Shown in pieces: positions 18,523 to 31,715 of a stretch of 64,000 bases of DNA. The translations under genes were made by a program, and so were the position numbers. Source of the stretch: the human T2T-CHM13v2.0 reference genome, Homo sapiens; the NCBI RefSeq assembly GCF_009914755.1, contig NC_060925.1. One strand, 5' to 3'. The notes beneath the pieces are model-generated. The model did no database searches. It saw nothing but the letters and a program-made list of their open reading frames with translations, and was not told where the DNA came from. Each line of letters opens with the position of its first letter. The first letter of the stretch is position 1.

Positions 18523-21500
18523 GGGCCAAGATGGGCAAAAAGAAACAGCTCCAGTCTGCAGCTCCTAGTGAGACCAACACTGAAGGCAGGTGATTTCTGC
18601 ATTTCCAACTGAGGTACCCAGTTCATCTCACTGGGAATGGTTAGACCGTGGGTGTAACCCATGGAGGGTGAGCAACAGCAGAGTGGGGCGTCACTTCACC
18701 TGTGAAGTGCAAGGAGCCAGGGGGACCTCCCTCCCCCAACCAAGAGAATTCATGTGGGACTGTGCTACCCTGCCCAGATACTATACTTTTCGCACGGTTT
18801 TTGGAATCTGTAGATCAGGAGATTTCCTCATGTGCCTACACAATCAGGGCCCCAGGTTTCAAGCACAAAACTGGGTGGCTGTTTGGGCAGACACTGAGAT
18901 AGCTGTAGGAGTTTTTTTTTTCTTTTGTACCCCAGTGGTGCCTGGAACCCCAGCGACAGAACCGTTCACTCCCATGAAAAGGGGGATGAAGCCAGGGAGC
19001 CAAGTGGTCTTGCTCAGTGGGTCCCACTCCCATGGAGCTCAGCAAGCTAAGAACCACTGGCTTAAATTCTCACTGCCAGCACAGCAGTCTGAAGTTGACG
19101 TGGGACGAACCAGCTTGGAGGCGGGAGGGGCACCCACCGTTACTGAAGCTTTAGTAGGCGGTTTTCCCCTGACAGTGCTAAGGAGGCTGGGAGGTGTGGA
19201 CTGGGCAGAATTCACCATAGCATGGCAAAGCAGCTGTGGCCAGACTGCTTCTCTAGATTCCTCCTCACTAGGCAGGGCATCTCTGAAGAAAAGGTAACAC
19301 CCCCAGTCAAGGGCTTACAGATTAACTTCCATCTCCCTAGGATGGAGCACGTGGGGGAAGGGTTGGCTGTGGGCACATCAGCAGCAGATTTAATCTCTCC
19401 CACCTGCCTGCTCTGAAGAGAGCAGCTGATCCTGACAAGACGGATTCTCCCAGCACAGCGTACCAGCTCTGCTAAGGGACAGACTGCCTCCTCAAGTGGG
19501 TCCCTGGGTCCCTGACCCCCATGCCTCCTGACTGGGAGAGATCTCCAAATAGGGGTTGACAGACACCTCATACAGGAGAGCTCCAGCTGGAATCAGGCCA
19601 GTGCTCCAGAGGAAGGAGCAGACAGTAATCTTTGCTGTTTTGCAGCCTCTGCTGGTGATACCCAGATGAACGGCATCTGGAGTGGACCTCCAGCAAACTG
19701 CAGCAGACCTGCAGAAGAGAGGCCTGTTAGAAGAAAAACTAAAAAACAGAATGCAACAACATCAAAATCAACAAAAGGGACCCCCACACAGAAACCCCAT
19801 TCAAATGTCATCAGATTCAAAGATGAAAGGTAGGTAAATCCACAAAAATGAAAAAAAAAAAAAGGTGCAAAAATGCTGAAAATTCCAAAAACCAGAATGC
19901 CTCTTCTCCAAATGGTCACAACTCCTCTCCAGCAAGGGCACAAAACTGGACAGAGAATGAGACTGATGAATTTGCAGAAGTAGGCTCCAGGAGGTGGGTA
20001 ATAACAAACTCCTCTGAGCTAAAGAAGCATGTTCTAACCCAATGGAAGGAAGCTAAGAACCTTGATATAAGGTTACAGGAACTGCTCACTAGAATAACCA
20101 GTTTAGAGAGGAACATAAATGACCTGATGGAGTTGAAAAACACAGCATGATAACTTCATGAAGCATAAACAAGTATCAATAGCTGAATCAATCAAGCAGA
20201 AGAAAGAATATCAGAGATTGAAGATCAGTTCACTGAAATAAGGCATGAAGACAAGATTAGAGAAAAAAGAATGAAAAGGAACAAACAAAGCCTCCAAGAA
20301 ATATGGGACTATGTGAAAAGACCAAACCTACATTTGTTTGTTGTACCTGAAAGTGATGGGGAGAATGGAACCAAGTTGGAAAATGCACTTCAGCATATTA
20401 TCCAGGAAAATTTCCCCAACCTAGCAAGACAGGCCAATATTCAAATTCAGAAAATACAGAGAACACTACTAAGATACTCCTCAAGAACAACCCCAAGACA
20501 CGTAATTGTCAAATTTTCCAAGGTTGAAACGAAGAAAAAAATGTTAAGGACAGTCAGAGAGAAAGGTCAGGTTAACTACAAAGGGAGGCCCATTGGACTA
20601 ACAACAGATCTCTCTGCAGAAACCCTAGAAGTCAGAAGACAGTGGAGGCCAATATTCAACGTTCTTAAAGAAAAGAATTTTCAACACAGAATTTCATATC
20701 CAGCCAAATTAAGCTTCATAAGTGAAGGAGAAATAAAATCCTTTACAGACAAGCAAATGCTGAGGGATTTTTGTCACCACCAGGCCTGCCTTATAAGAGC
20801 TCCTGAAGGAAGCACTAAATATGGAAAGAGAAAACCAGTACCAGTCATGGCAAAAACACACCAAAATATAAAGACCAATGACCTATGAAGAAACTGCATC
20901 AACTAATGTGCAAAATAACCATCTAGCATCATGATGATAGGATCAAATTCACACATAACAATATAAATCTTAAATGTAAATTAGCTAAATACCCCAATTA
21001 AAAGACACAGACTGGCAAATTTGATAAAGAGTCAAGACCCATTGGTGTGCTGTATTCAGGAGACCCATCTCACATGCAAAGACACACACAGGCTCAAAAT
21101 AAAAGGATGGAGGAATATTTACCCAGCAAATGGAAAGCAAAAAGAAGCAGGGGTTGCCATCCTAGTCTCTGATAAAACAGACTTTAAACCAACAAAGATC
21201 AAAAAAGACAAGAGCATTACGTAATGGTAAAGGGATCAATGCAACAAGAAGAGCTAACTATCCTAAATACATATGCACCTAATACAGGAGCATGCAAATT
21301 CATAAAAAAATTCTTAGAGACCTATGAAGAGACACAGATTCCCTCACAATAATAGCGGGAGACTTTAACACCCCACTGTCAATACTAGACAGATCAATGA
21401 GACAGAAAATTAACAAGGATATTCAGAACTTGAACTCAGCTCTGGACTAGGTGGACCTAATAGAAATCTACAGTACTCTCCACCCCAAATCAGCAGAATA

Positions 21501-23028
21501 TACATTCTTCTCAATACCACGTACCATTTATTCTAAAATCAACCACATAATTGGAAGTAAAACACTCCTCCGCAAATGCAAAAGAATGGAAATTATAACA
21601 AACAGTCTTTCAGACCACAGTGCCATCAAATTAGAACTCAGGATTAAGAAACTCACTCAAAACCACACAACTACATGGAAATTGAACAACCTGCTCCTGA
21701 ATGACAAAACAGCATGATACTGGTACCAAAACAGATATACAGACCAAAGGAACAAAACAGAGACCTCAGAAATAACACCACACATTTACAACCATCTGAT
21801 CTTTGACAAACCTGATGAAAACAAGAAATGGGGAAAGGATTCCCTATTTAATAAATGGTGCTGGGAAAACTGGTTAGCCCTATGCAGAAAACTGAAACTG
21901 GACCCCTCCCTTACACCTTATACAAAAATTAACTCAAGATGAAGTAAAGACTTAAATGTAAAACCTAAAACCATAAAAACTCTGGAAGAAAACCTAGGCA
22001 ATACCATTCAGTACATAGGCATGGGCAAAGACTTCATAACTAAAACACCAAAAACAATGGCAACAAAAGCTGAAGCTGACAAATGGGGTCTAATTAAACT
22101 AAAGAGCTTCTGCACAGCAAAAGAGACTATCATCAGAGTGAAAAGGCAACCTACAGAATGGGAGAAAGTTTTTGCAATCTATCCATCTAACAAAGGGCTA
22201 ATATCCAGAATCTACAAGGAACTTAAATTTACAAGAAAAAAAAATAACGGACACTTCTCAAAATAAGACATTTATGCGGCCAACAAACATGAAAAAAAGC
22301 TCATCATCACTGGTCATTAGAGAAATGCAAGTCAAAACCACAATGAGATACCAGCTAACGCCAGTTAGAATGGCTATCATTAAAAAGTCAGGAAACAACA
22401 GATGCTGCAGAGGATAGAAACGCTTTTACACTGTAGGTGAGAGTATAAATTAGTTCAATCATTGTGGAAGACTGTGGCAATTCCTCAAGGATCTAGAACC
22501 AGAAATACCATTTGACACCCAGCAATCCCATTACTGAGTATATACCCAAAAGATTATAAATCATTCTATTATAAAGACATGCACACATATGTTTATTACA
22601 GAACTATTCACAATAGCAAAAACTTGGAACCAACCCAAATGCCCATCAATGATAGACTGGATAAAGAAAATGTGACACATACACACCATGGAATACTATG
22701 CAGCCATAAAAAAGGATGAGTTCATGTCCTTTGCAGGGACATGGATGAAGCTGGAAACCATCATTCTCAGCAAACTAACACAGGAAGAGAAAACCAAACA
22801 CCACATGTTCTCACTCATAAGTGGGAGTTGAACAATGAGAACACATGGACACATGGAGGGGAACATCACACACTGGGGCCTGTTGAGGGGGTGGGGGCCT
22901 AGGGTAGGGATAGCATTAGGAGAAATACCTAACATAAGATGATGGGTTGATGGGTGCAACAAACCACCATGGCACCTGTATACCTACATAACAAACCTGC
23001 AGTTTCTGCACTTGTATCCCAGAACTTG

Positions 23029-23076
<48 letters not shown>
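18523..23076 (+). mobile_element. L1PA7/8-like element with about 2 kb of central ORF2 deleted at 21705 and a (GT)n tail
   Basis: 5'UTR, ORF1 (20271-20888) and endonuclease fragments, then a jump from ctcctgaatgac to aaaacagcatg; TSD aaaaagactg at 18513-18522 and 23087-23096. Confidence 0.92.
23031..23076. repeat. (GT)n microsatellite, about 23 units
   Basis: Seen directly, at the position of the L1 tail. Confidence 0.98.
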
Positions 23077-23078
<2 letters not shown>

Positions 23079-24299
23079 CTCAAATTAAAAAGACTGACCA
23101 TATTAACTACTGAGAAAGATGGATGGGGAGGAACTGTGATTTTTATACACTGCTGCTGGGAATGTAAATGGTACAACCACTTTGGAAAACAGTTTCACAA
23201 TTTCTTAAAAAGTTAAAAAATACAACTACTGTGATTTGTCTATTCCACTCCAACACATTTATCCAAGATAAATTAAAGCATACGTCCATATAATGACTTA
23301 TACATGAATTTTCATAGAAACTTAATTTGGAATAGTCTCAAACTTGAAGAAACCCAAATGTCCATCAACAGATGAATGGTTAAAGTGATACATCCATACA
23401 ATGAAATACCACTTATTTAAAGTGGGGATGGGTTAGGAGAGGAGAAAGAATGACCCCTCTAAAGAGTTGAACTGAGATCACTTTGACAACATCACGTGGA
23501 GGCCTTGAGGTGTCTTATCTCCAGTGCAGCTCTGGTGCTCAATTGCAGTCCCTTGCCAGAAGCCACTGGCAATGCTGTTTGACCTTGTGATAATTTTTTA
23601 GGATGTTTCTGTGTTCTTTATAATCCCACTTGCAGCTCCCCAATTTAAGTCAGTCATAGAAGAGTTGCTTAGATACCTATCTGGCTATCATCTATCCTCT
23701 AAACATACCTACTGCAACAGACTAGAATACATTTAGAATTGTGAAACTGCAAAATGTTTGGTTTTTGTGGGAAATATTTTATAAAACCGTAAGACAGGCA
23801 TACATACATTCTCTCCCTTCAGACTTCATTTGCAATTTTCAGGGATGGAAAATGGTTTATTCTTTCAGTGGAAACCAGAAAAAGACAAAGTTTTCCAGCT
23901 CAAGGTAGATATTTAGTCTTTCTTTTCTTTCAAAATACTAAGACAAATATTTGCCCTCCAAAACGTTCTCCATGAACAATATTGTAGGAGGGACGTGCTG
24001 TCTTCCAGAAGTGTGTTTGGGTGTGATAAGGATCCTGTAGAGACCTACCGAACTCTAAAAGCCTCCCATTCCTGTGATTGACAACTGCAGGGATGATTTC
24101 ACCAGGAAAAACCTAGGGATACATATTCAGGGTTTGTGGCTGAAGGCCTGAGGAACCTGTGGTCAGGGCTTTGGATAAGGTAAGGTCTGAGAAACTGCTG
24201 ACTAGCCCTTATTGTAACGATTGCGATCTGGACTTTCTGATCTGAGTCTCCAGCCATGAGTGGACTCTCAGCGCCTCCCAATTGTTCTTCTGTAGGTTC

Positions 24300-26150
24300 C
24301 TTCTATACTTCCCCATCTTCACAAGGCTGTTTCATACCTTCTCTACTTCTTTTCAATTTCTGGCCCTTCAAAATATCTGGACTTCTCTCTTCCATCAGAT
24401 GTAACCTCACTCCAATTCTGGCCCCTAGATCCATAAGTGAACCTGCATCCTTAGTCATTCTTTTCTACTTTTCTCCTTCTAGAGAGGGAAAGGTCTCTGG
24501 ATCCTATGCGACCTCTTTCTCAGAAGTTTTCACCTATAGGTTACCCTTTTCTCCCCCTGTATCTTAAACCACCTCTTCCCTACTGGTTTCTTGCCACTTA
24601 TTGTTAAATGATGTTAATTTTCTTCCCTTGTAACACAGAAACAACATATAAAGCCATAACACCTTCTCCCTTTATCCCTTCTTCCCATCCAGATATTACC
24701 CTCTCACCTTTCTTTTACAATTAAACTTCTTAAAACACACACATAACACAACTATCTCCCACTCACTCTTCTACTCAAATATGTCTTTCCAATTCATGCC
24801 ATTAAAGTTCCTATTACCAAAGTTGACAGGAACTCTCTTGCTAAATCCAATGAACACTTCTCATGTCCTACCTTCTCAGCCTCTGTGGTGTGTGACAATG
24901 CAGTATAGCATAGTGGTTAGAGCATGAACTCTGTAGCCACAGTGCCATGGTCTGTCTCTGATTACTCCTTTTATTACCTTTGAGTAAGTTCTCTAACTTC
25001 ACTTGGCTTTGGTTTTCTTCCCTGGAATATGAGGGTGTTAGTAATGGTGTTTACCTTATAGGATTGTTGGGAGGATGTGACGAGCTCTGTGTATAGCACT
25101 TAGCACAGGGGTGCCTGGCACAGGGTAAGCACTCTCTAAGTGTTAGTATTATTATTGACCACTCCCTTCTTCATTCCTGAAACACTATTTTCAGCCATTC
25201 TGCACTCCTCCAGCTTTCCAGAGACCTGTCCAGTGTTGCTTCTCATCTCCTTAGCAGGTACTATTTCTCTACCATCCTCTAAATGTTAATGTTCCTCAGG
25301 GTTTTTTCTTAGGTCTTCTCTTCTCAGTCTCCTTGGGTGAGCTATCCCAAACGTTATTTCAATTCTTTCTTATATCGCAATGACCCCAAACTGCCTCAAT
25401 GCCCTAAACTTCATATCTGAAATACTTACTAAACATTTCCATTTATATGCCCCATAGGCTGTTCAAACTCTACATGTCCAAAACTCAGTTTATTTTCCCC
25501 TCCAAAACTTGTCTCCTCTATTTTTTATTATCCTAGAGAATGACAACATGATCTCCTCAGGTACCCAAGTTAGAAACATGGGTTGCAGTTTGAATTTCTC
25601 CTTCTCTCTTCATTTCACCCATCACAATCTATCACTAAGTCAGGGCTACTTCATATATAATTTTGATTCTATTTTTATATATTCTTACTTTTAGCCCCTG
25701 GTTGAGGCTATCACCATCTCTAGCATGGATTACTGGGAAAAAAAGAATTTGTCTTCCTCCCTTCAGTCTGGTTTCTTTCTACACAGTTCTTTGCACCTCA
25801 ACCGTAAGACCTTGTTAAAATGCACACCACTTTCTACCAATTCTGTATACCAAACTTTCAATATCTCTTTCTTGCTCTTAAAACCCAAATTTTTAGACAT
25901 GGTGCTCAAGGCTCTTTAAGGTCTTCTATTTTAATTTCTGACCATTTTCTCCCTTCACCCTGAACTCAGTACTCCATCAGACTAAGCTGCATTCGATTCC
26001 CCAAATTTTTGAAACTCACACTCACCTCCAGACTTAGCAGTCCTCTTTCCCCTTTCTACTGTCTCTCCACTATCATCTGGTTAATTCCTACCTGCCTCAG
26101 ATGTCACTTCTCATGTTCAGTAAAATGCAATTGATTATCACCCTGCTGAT
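24300..26150 (+). mobile_element. Degenerate L2 fragments, with a MIR at about 24901-25155
   Basis: Pyrimidine-rich L2-like motifs (tgctaaatccaatg, cctctaaatgtt, aaactctacatgtccaaaact) and a MIR core. Confidence 0.6.
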
Positions 26151-26183
26151 ATTGGGCAGCTCTGTGTCTTTTTACAGACAAGA

Positions 26184-28083
26184 GAGTTTCTTACACCCTT
26201 TTCTCTTCCTACCCCTGGACCGCTTATCTTTTATTCACTTCCCATCAATCTACTGATAATTTCCAAATCTCTAATCCTAGCTTGGGTCTGCCCTTCAAAT
26301 TAGCATTAACGTTAGCATTTCTGATTATGTATATATATATATATATATATTGCATAGCGTATGTGTGCATATATACATGTGTACATATTCTTTGATTTAT
26401 GTGTAACATCTTACTAGTTTCCTCATTTATGATATAAATATTTAATACATGTTCACTTTACATTTTACATTTGTATGAGAATCATTTTACCCTTTTTAAA
26501 ATTTATCTTTTAATAACCATGTAATAGATTTACTCTCATTATCCCCATTTTACATTTGATGAAACTGAGCCCTAATTGATAATAGAATTGTGTCAAAGAG
26601 GAAATAATTTACTAGTAAGTGACAGAGAAGAGCTTTAAACCCAGTCCATGCTCTTAAGTACTACCCTACCTTCTGTGAAAAGTTGGGGTCCCTGTTGGTT
26701 TTGTCCACCAGAGTATCCCAGTATTTAGAACAGTGCCTGACAAAAGGTGGATATTCAGTAAATATTTAATAACTTGTGGGCTGAATTAGTTGACTAAAAT
26801 TCAAGTATCTGACAAATTTCAAACTGATTTTCTGACAATTCCATCCCCCACAAAGTAGAAAAATTAGCCATAGATACTGCTACCCCAGGAGATCAGGAAA
26901 ATACAAGACAGTTATTACATTTAGATTTTGTATTGGTCAGGATTCTCTGGAGGTATGAAACTAATAGGATATATGTATATACGAAAGGGAGTTTATTAAG
27001 GAGAATTGACTCACACGATCACAAGGTGTAGTCCTACCATAGGCCGTCTGTCTGCAAGCTGAGGAGCAAGGAAGCCAGTAGTGGCTCAGTCTGAGTCACA
27101 AAACCTCAAAATTAGGAAAGCCAACAGTGCAGCCTTCAGTCTGTGGCTGAAGATCCCAGAGCCCCTGGCAAACCACTGGTAAAATTCTAAGAGTCCAAAA
27201 TCTGAAGAACGTGGAGTCTGATGTGCAAGCGCAGGAAGCATCCAGTAGGGGAGAAAGATGAAGGCTGGAAGACTCAGCAGGTCAGCTAATTCCACCTTCT
27301 GCTTGCTTTTTCTAGCCATCCTGGCAACCAATTGGATGGTACCCATTCAGATTGAGGGTTGGTCTCTCTCTCCCAGTCCATTGACTCAACTGTTAATCTC
27401 CTCTGGCAACACCCTCACAGACATACCCAGAAACAACACTTTGCATCCTTCAATCCAGTCAAGTTGACAATATTACCATCACAGATTGCAATATAGCATT
27501 TGACAAGGTCTCTCATGTTACCTTTTGGGGAAGAAAACAAAATGCAAACTTGATATTATTTATTAAGATGGTCAAAATTAGCTGAAACAAAAGGAAGCTG
27601 ATTTTCCAACTATAGAAAGAGAGTACTCTGTCTTACCTCAGTCTTATTGAAATATTTTAATCTGCCTTACACAGAGCAAGTCTGCTTTATTACCTGCTTT
27701 AGCTCCAGGACCTAGAAGAATGCCTAGCATGTAGATACAAATTTGTTTGAATGAATATTGTGACATACTTGCTAAAGTTTGCATAATAGAATTGTAATGA
27801 AAGAAATACACTGGACCTCTAAGCAGCATTTGAAACAATTGACAATTCCATCCTTGAGACCTCCTTGCTGGTTTTCTATCTGTAAGTCGGGATACTCCCT
27901 TTCTTCTTCCTTTGTGGAGTCCTCTTTCTCTTCCAAGACCTATGTGGTGGAGTTTCTTACACCCTTTTCTCTTCTTACCCCTGGACCTCTCATCCTGTCC
28001 CTTTTATTCACTTCCCATCAATCTACTGATAATTTCCAAATCCCTAATCCTAGCTTGGGTCTGCCCTTCAAATTAGCATTAAC
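26184..28083 (+). repeat. Local dispersed duplication: 26184-26310 matches 27950-28083
   Basis: About 130 bp, near-identical (gagtttcttacacccttttctctt...caaattagcattaac), with one small indel. Confidence 0.95.
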
Positions 28084-28630
28084 ATTTTCAACTGTATATT
28101 TGACGTCTCCATTGTTGCCAATCCAAGCTTATCATGTGCAAAATAGAACTTATAACTCACCCAAGAAACCAAGAAAACACCTGCTTTTCTTCCTATGTTT
28201 TCTCTTTCAGCAAATGTACTCATAAAAATTGTTTACCTGAATGAACAATACAGAGGCCACACCTAAGAATACCCATTTAAGTCCCAGAGTTAGCTCTTTG
28301 TTCCAAAAAAAGCATCTGCATCAGCAAGGGTGGAGGAGAAGGAGCTTAGCAACAGCACATGTGACAGAGACTTTGGGAATTGTGTGACAAGAGGCTGAGG
28401 ATGAGTCAGTACTCTGAGCTGTGTCAGCCAAAGAACTGATTCAACTTTGATAGCATTGACCTGAACTATGGTATTTGAAAAAAGAAAGTGATGGCTTTTC
28501 TATACTCCATATTGGTTATAACACACCTGGAATATTGTGGTCACTTCTGGATACTGGGCTTTGGGTGTAATAAAGATAAGTTGGATATAGAAGAAATTGA
28601 CTAGAAAGATGCTGCAACTTAAAACCATTA
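26800..28630 (+). mobile_element. L3/CR1 LINE remnant, interrupted by MLT2 and an L2 fragment
   Basis: LDF...AFDKVSH split by the LTR; LYSILVITHLEYCGHFW near 28500 resembles the CR1 RT C-terminus (YSALVRPHLEYCVQFW). Confidence 0.7.
26929..27483 (-). mobile_element. MLT2-type (ERVL) solo LTR
   Basis: tgtattggtcaggattctct...caagttgacaatattaccatcaca; TG...CA ends; gatt(t/g) flanks. Confidence 0.85.
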
Positions 28631-29792
28631 GAAGGGAATCAGAATACACTACCCCAAGATATGCCGCTTTGCCATATTGATTACTTTGAGCTGAAGACAA
28701 TGAGAAAGAGTGGATAAAGGGCTCTCAACTCTCCCCATTTCTACTTAAAGGTAGGGCAAAAATTTCCTTTGGGAAAGGGGCCCTTCATGTGCCAGGAAGA
28801 AAACATTCCTATCTCTAGAAACAGGGAGTTGACACAGAGATGAGTCTGTACAAATAAACCTCACTAAAATAACACTTATCTTCCATTAGTTTCCTTATAT
28901 ATTTCCTAGTTGCTTTCCTACAACTTAACTGCCTCCAGCCCAAGTCCCTTTTTCCTTTTTCTTGTCATGGCTGCAAAATCTATTACTCTTTGTTAAAATG
29001 TATATAGGCCCACAGGTATAACTTCTTCTTTGGGTTTTTAAAATTATTTCTATGGATCCCCAATGCCACATAAAAATATTAACATCAAATAAAATTTGTA
29101 TGCTTTTTCTCCTGCTGAGGTGTCTTATGTCTGTTTAATTCAAAGGCCCAGGAACAGAAACTAATGTGAAAGGAAAATAAATCTTGGCACCCCCAAATCA
29201 CTAAGCCAAGGGAAAAGTCAAGCTGGGAACTATGTCAGGCAAACCTACCTCCCATTTTATTCCTAAATAAGATAACTACAAAGATAAAAAGCTACATACC
29301 TCCCTCACAATTTGCCCACAATGAAATTCCTTGTGGACAAAGGACAAACAGAACTCAAAGTCATCCCTCTGCTCACGTGAGACAAATGCATATCTGATTG
29401 TCTCCTTTGCTCTATTGTTTCACTAAGCCAGACTAAAGCATAAGTGACTATTCCTATAAATCATGTATTCAGAGAAAGGCTAATCAGAAACTAAAAATAA
29501 GGCAACCTTTTGTCTTTTTTCTGCCTATGACCTGGAAGCCCCCGCTTTGAGTTATCTTGCCTTTCTGGACCAAACCAATGTATATCTTACATATATTGAT
29601 GTCTCCCTAAAATGTATGAAACCAAGCTGTGTCCCAACCACCCTGGGCGCATGTTGTCAGGACCTCCTGAGGCTGTGTCATGGGTGTGTCCTTAACCTTG
29701 GCAAAATAAACTTTCTAAGTTGATTGAGACCTGTCTCATATACCCTTGGTTTACCCCCAAGAGGGTAGAGGAAAAGTCTTTCCTTCCTTACA
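28630..29792 (+). mobile_element. MER34-like ERV1 LTR interrupted by another LTR
   Basis: Characteristic start (accccaagatatgccgctttgccatattgattactttgagctgaag), AATAAA, end ...ccttaca. Confidence 0.7.
29165..29754 (+). mobile_element. MER4A-like ERV1 LTR (nested)
   Basis: tgtgaaaggaaaataaatcttgg...aataaactttctaagttgattgagacc. Confidence 0.8.
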
Positions 29793-31244
29793 CATGTGAA
29801 GTGAGGAGCTATTAAAGGCTCAGTATAGACATAAATGCTGCATCTCTACAGTTGTGCTACTTTTATCTTTTAATCTAAGATACAGGGTGCCTAAGAGAGT
29901 GATGGAAAGCAACTTGTCTCAAATATATTTGCTGATTGATTCAGGACTTTAGCAATTGACTTAGTCTGCTTTCTTAAAAGGCTGAATGGCTTTCTTAGTC
30001 CTATTAATGGCACATAATTTGGAGATAATTAAATATTTATTTTACAGATTTTGTCAATTTCTTGGAATCTTAGGGTGGAGCAGTCCAGATTCTCCAAGCT
30101 GAGCAATTTGGCTTCTCCACTTTTTTTTGAAAGTAGATTTGGTGCAAAGGTGTTTAATTACCTTCCAGCCTCTCTAAATAGGTATGAGATTCCAAGCTTT
30201 ATGATCCTTGATAGCTGTAACCAGCTTATGTAAAGATGCTCAAAGTAGCTCCCATGGCCTATTTCTTTTTTCTTTTCTTCCTGAAGTTTCCCAAATACCT
30301 CTAAGCTGCAACATTCGCATGCCCAAGGGGTATATTCAATCCTATTACTGTGCTGAGTGTGAAACAGTCCACCCACAGAATGGTCTCTGCCCTCAGGGTG
30401 AATTAAATGAGATACCAGATGTGGTGGAATACTGCATTGAGTAGGTGCTTGATAATAGTTGGATGTGAATGTAAAAGAACTGTCTTGCCTCTACACTCAT
30501 TCATTATTGAGAAATAGCTCTAAATATTGGCCAGTTTTCAATAAGTGTAGATATTGCTAATGAAACCAACACAGACTGTGAAAAAAGTGTTCTTATTATT
30601 TAATCTGGGTATTTCATCTCTCACCAGATACTTTTCAGATCTTGGGTATTCTCTGGAGATAAGGAGTGGGTGTAGTGACAGTGGTAGTAAAGATCATGGA
30701 TCTCATTAATGAGAAATTTTGAGACAAGAAATCTGTCATGTCTAATGCAAAAGTTTTCTGTGAAAACTTAGATATAGATGCACTCACTCAACATTATTTA
30801 CAAAAAAGTGGATAATACATTTTCTCCCTGTGAAAATTTATTCATAAAATAGAACACAGAAGCCAAATTGGAGAGTATGACTCAGTGGACTTCTGGTTGA
30901 TTGACAGACTGATTAATCTGAAAAGAGCCTTTCTTGTAAAGAGTTGAAGGTGTTCCTCTTAGAATAAAATAAAATTAAGGACACTTGAATACAAAGCATT
31001 GGCATTGAAACTACTAGAACGTGGCACATTTTTAAAATGTTAATAGTGGGAGAATTTCCAGAATTTGTAATCATGTGTAAAGTTCATATCATAGTTTCCC
31101 AATACAGTTATACTGTAGTATGATTATATGTTTCTGACATTCCAGCAACCATAACAACAGTTCACACTTATTGAGTACTTATTATGTGGATGACATGATG
31201 CTAAGACCTTATACAGATTAATTCAACAACCATGTGGGATTGGC

Positions 31245-31385
31245 AGGGTGGGGTGGGCTGAGGTGGGAAGATCTCTTGAGCCCAGCCAGGAGGTTGAGGC
31301 TACAGTGAGCTGAGATGGCACCACTGCACTCCAGGCTAGGTGACAGAGTGAGACCCTGTTTCTTAAAAATCAATGACAATAAAAC
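31245..31385 (+). mobile_element. Alu right-arm fragment (AluJ/FRAM-like)
   Basis: ggctgaggtgggaagatctcttgagcccag...gacagagtgagaccctg. Confidence 0.85.
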
Positions 31386-31408
31386 AGAAAACCACCACCA
31401 CCACCACC

Positions 31409-31715
31409 AAGACAGCCAAGTAATTAAAAGGGGCCCCTGCAGAAACTCTGGCCAGCTGGCACACTGGGAGGATGGGGTGAGGCCTTGGGAAGTTCGTGCC
31501 ATTTGCAGTGGGGAGGAGCCTGGCCTCTCCTGTTCCTGGATGGTGACCTGGAATTCAATCTGTGAGATGGCGGCCTATTAACAGGAACCTCTCTGGCTTT
31601 GCTGACAGTCTTTTTCCTTTCTGCCCAATAAATCCTGTAACCCCTCACCCTTTAAAGTGTCTGCGTGCCTAATCTTTCCTGGTCGTGTGACAAGAACCCA
31701 GTTTTTTCTACAATA
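31409..31715 (+). mobile_element. MER61-like ERV1 LTR
   Basis: gacagcc... start, AATAAA, ggtcgtgtgacaagaaccc end; ccacc flanks. Confidence 0.65.

Noticed and set aside
18590-19297. 235-aa ORF, and the 187-aa ORF at 1393-1956
   Set aside because: Chance open frames in GC-richer L1 5'UTRs with no recognisable domain.
23857-24186. Plus-strand exon-like splice signals (also near 33167)
   Set aside because: No ORF or homology support; a lncRNA cannot be called from sequence alone.
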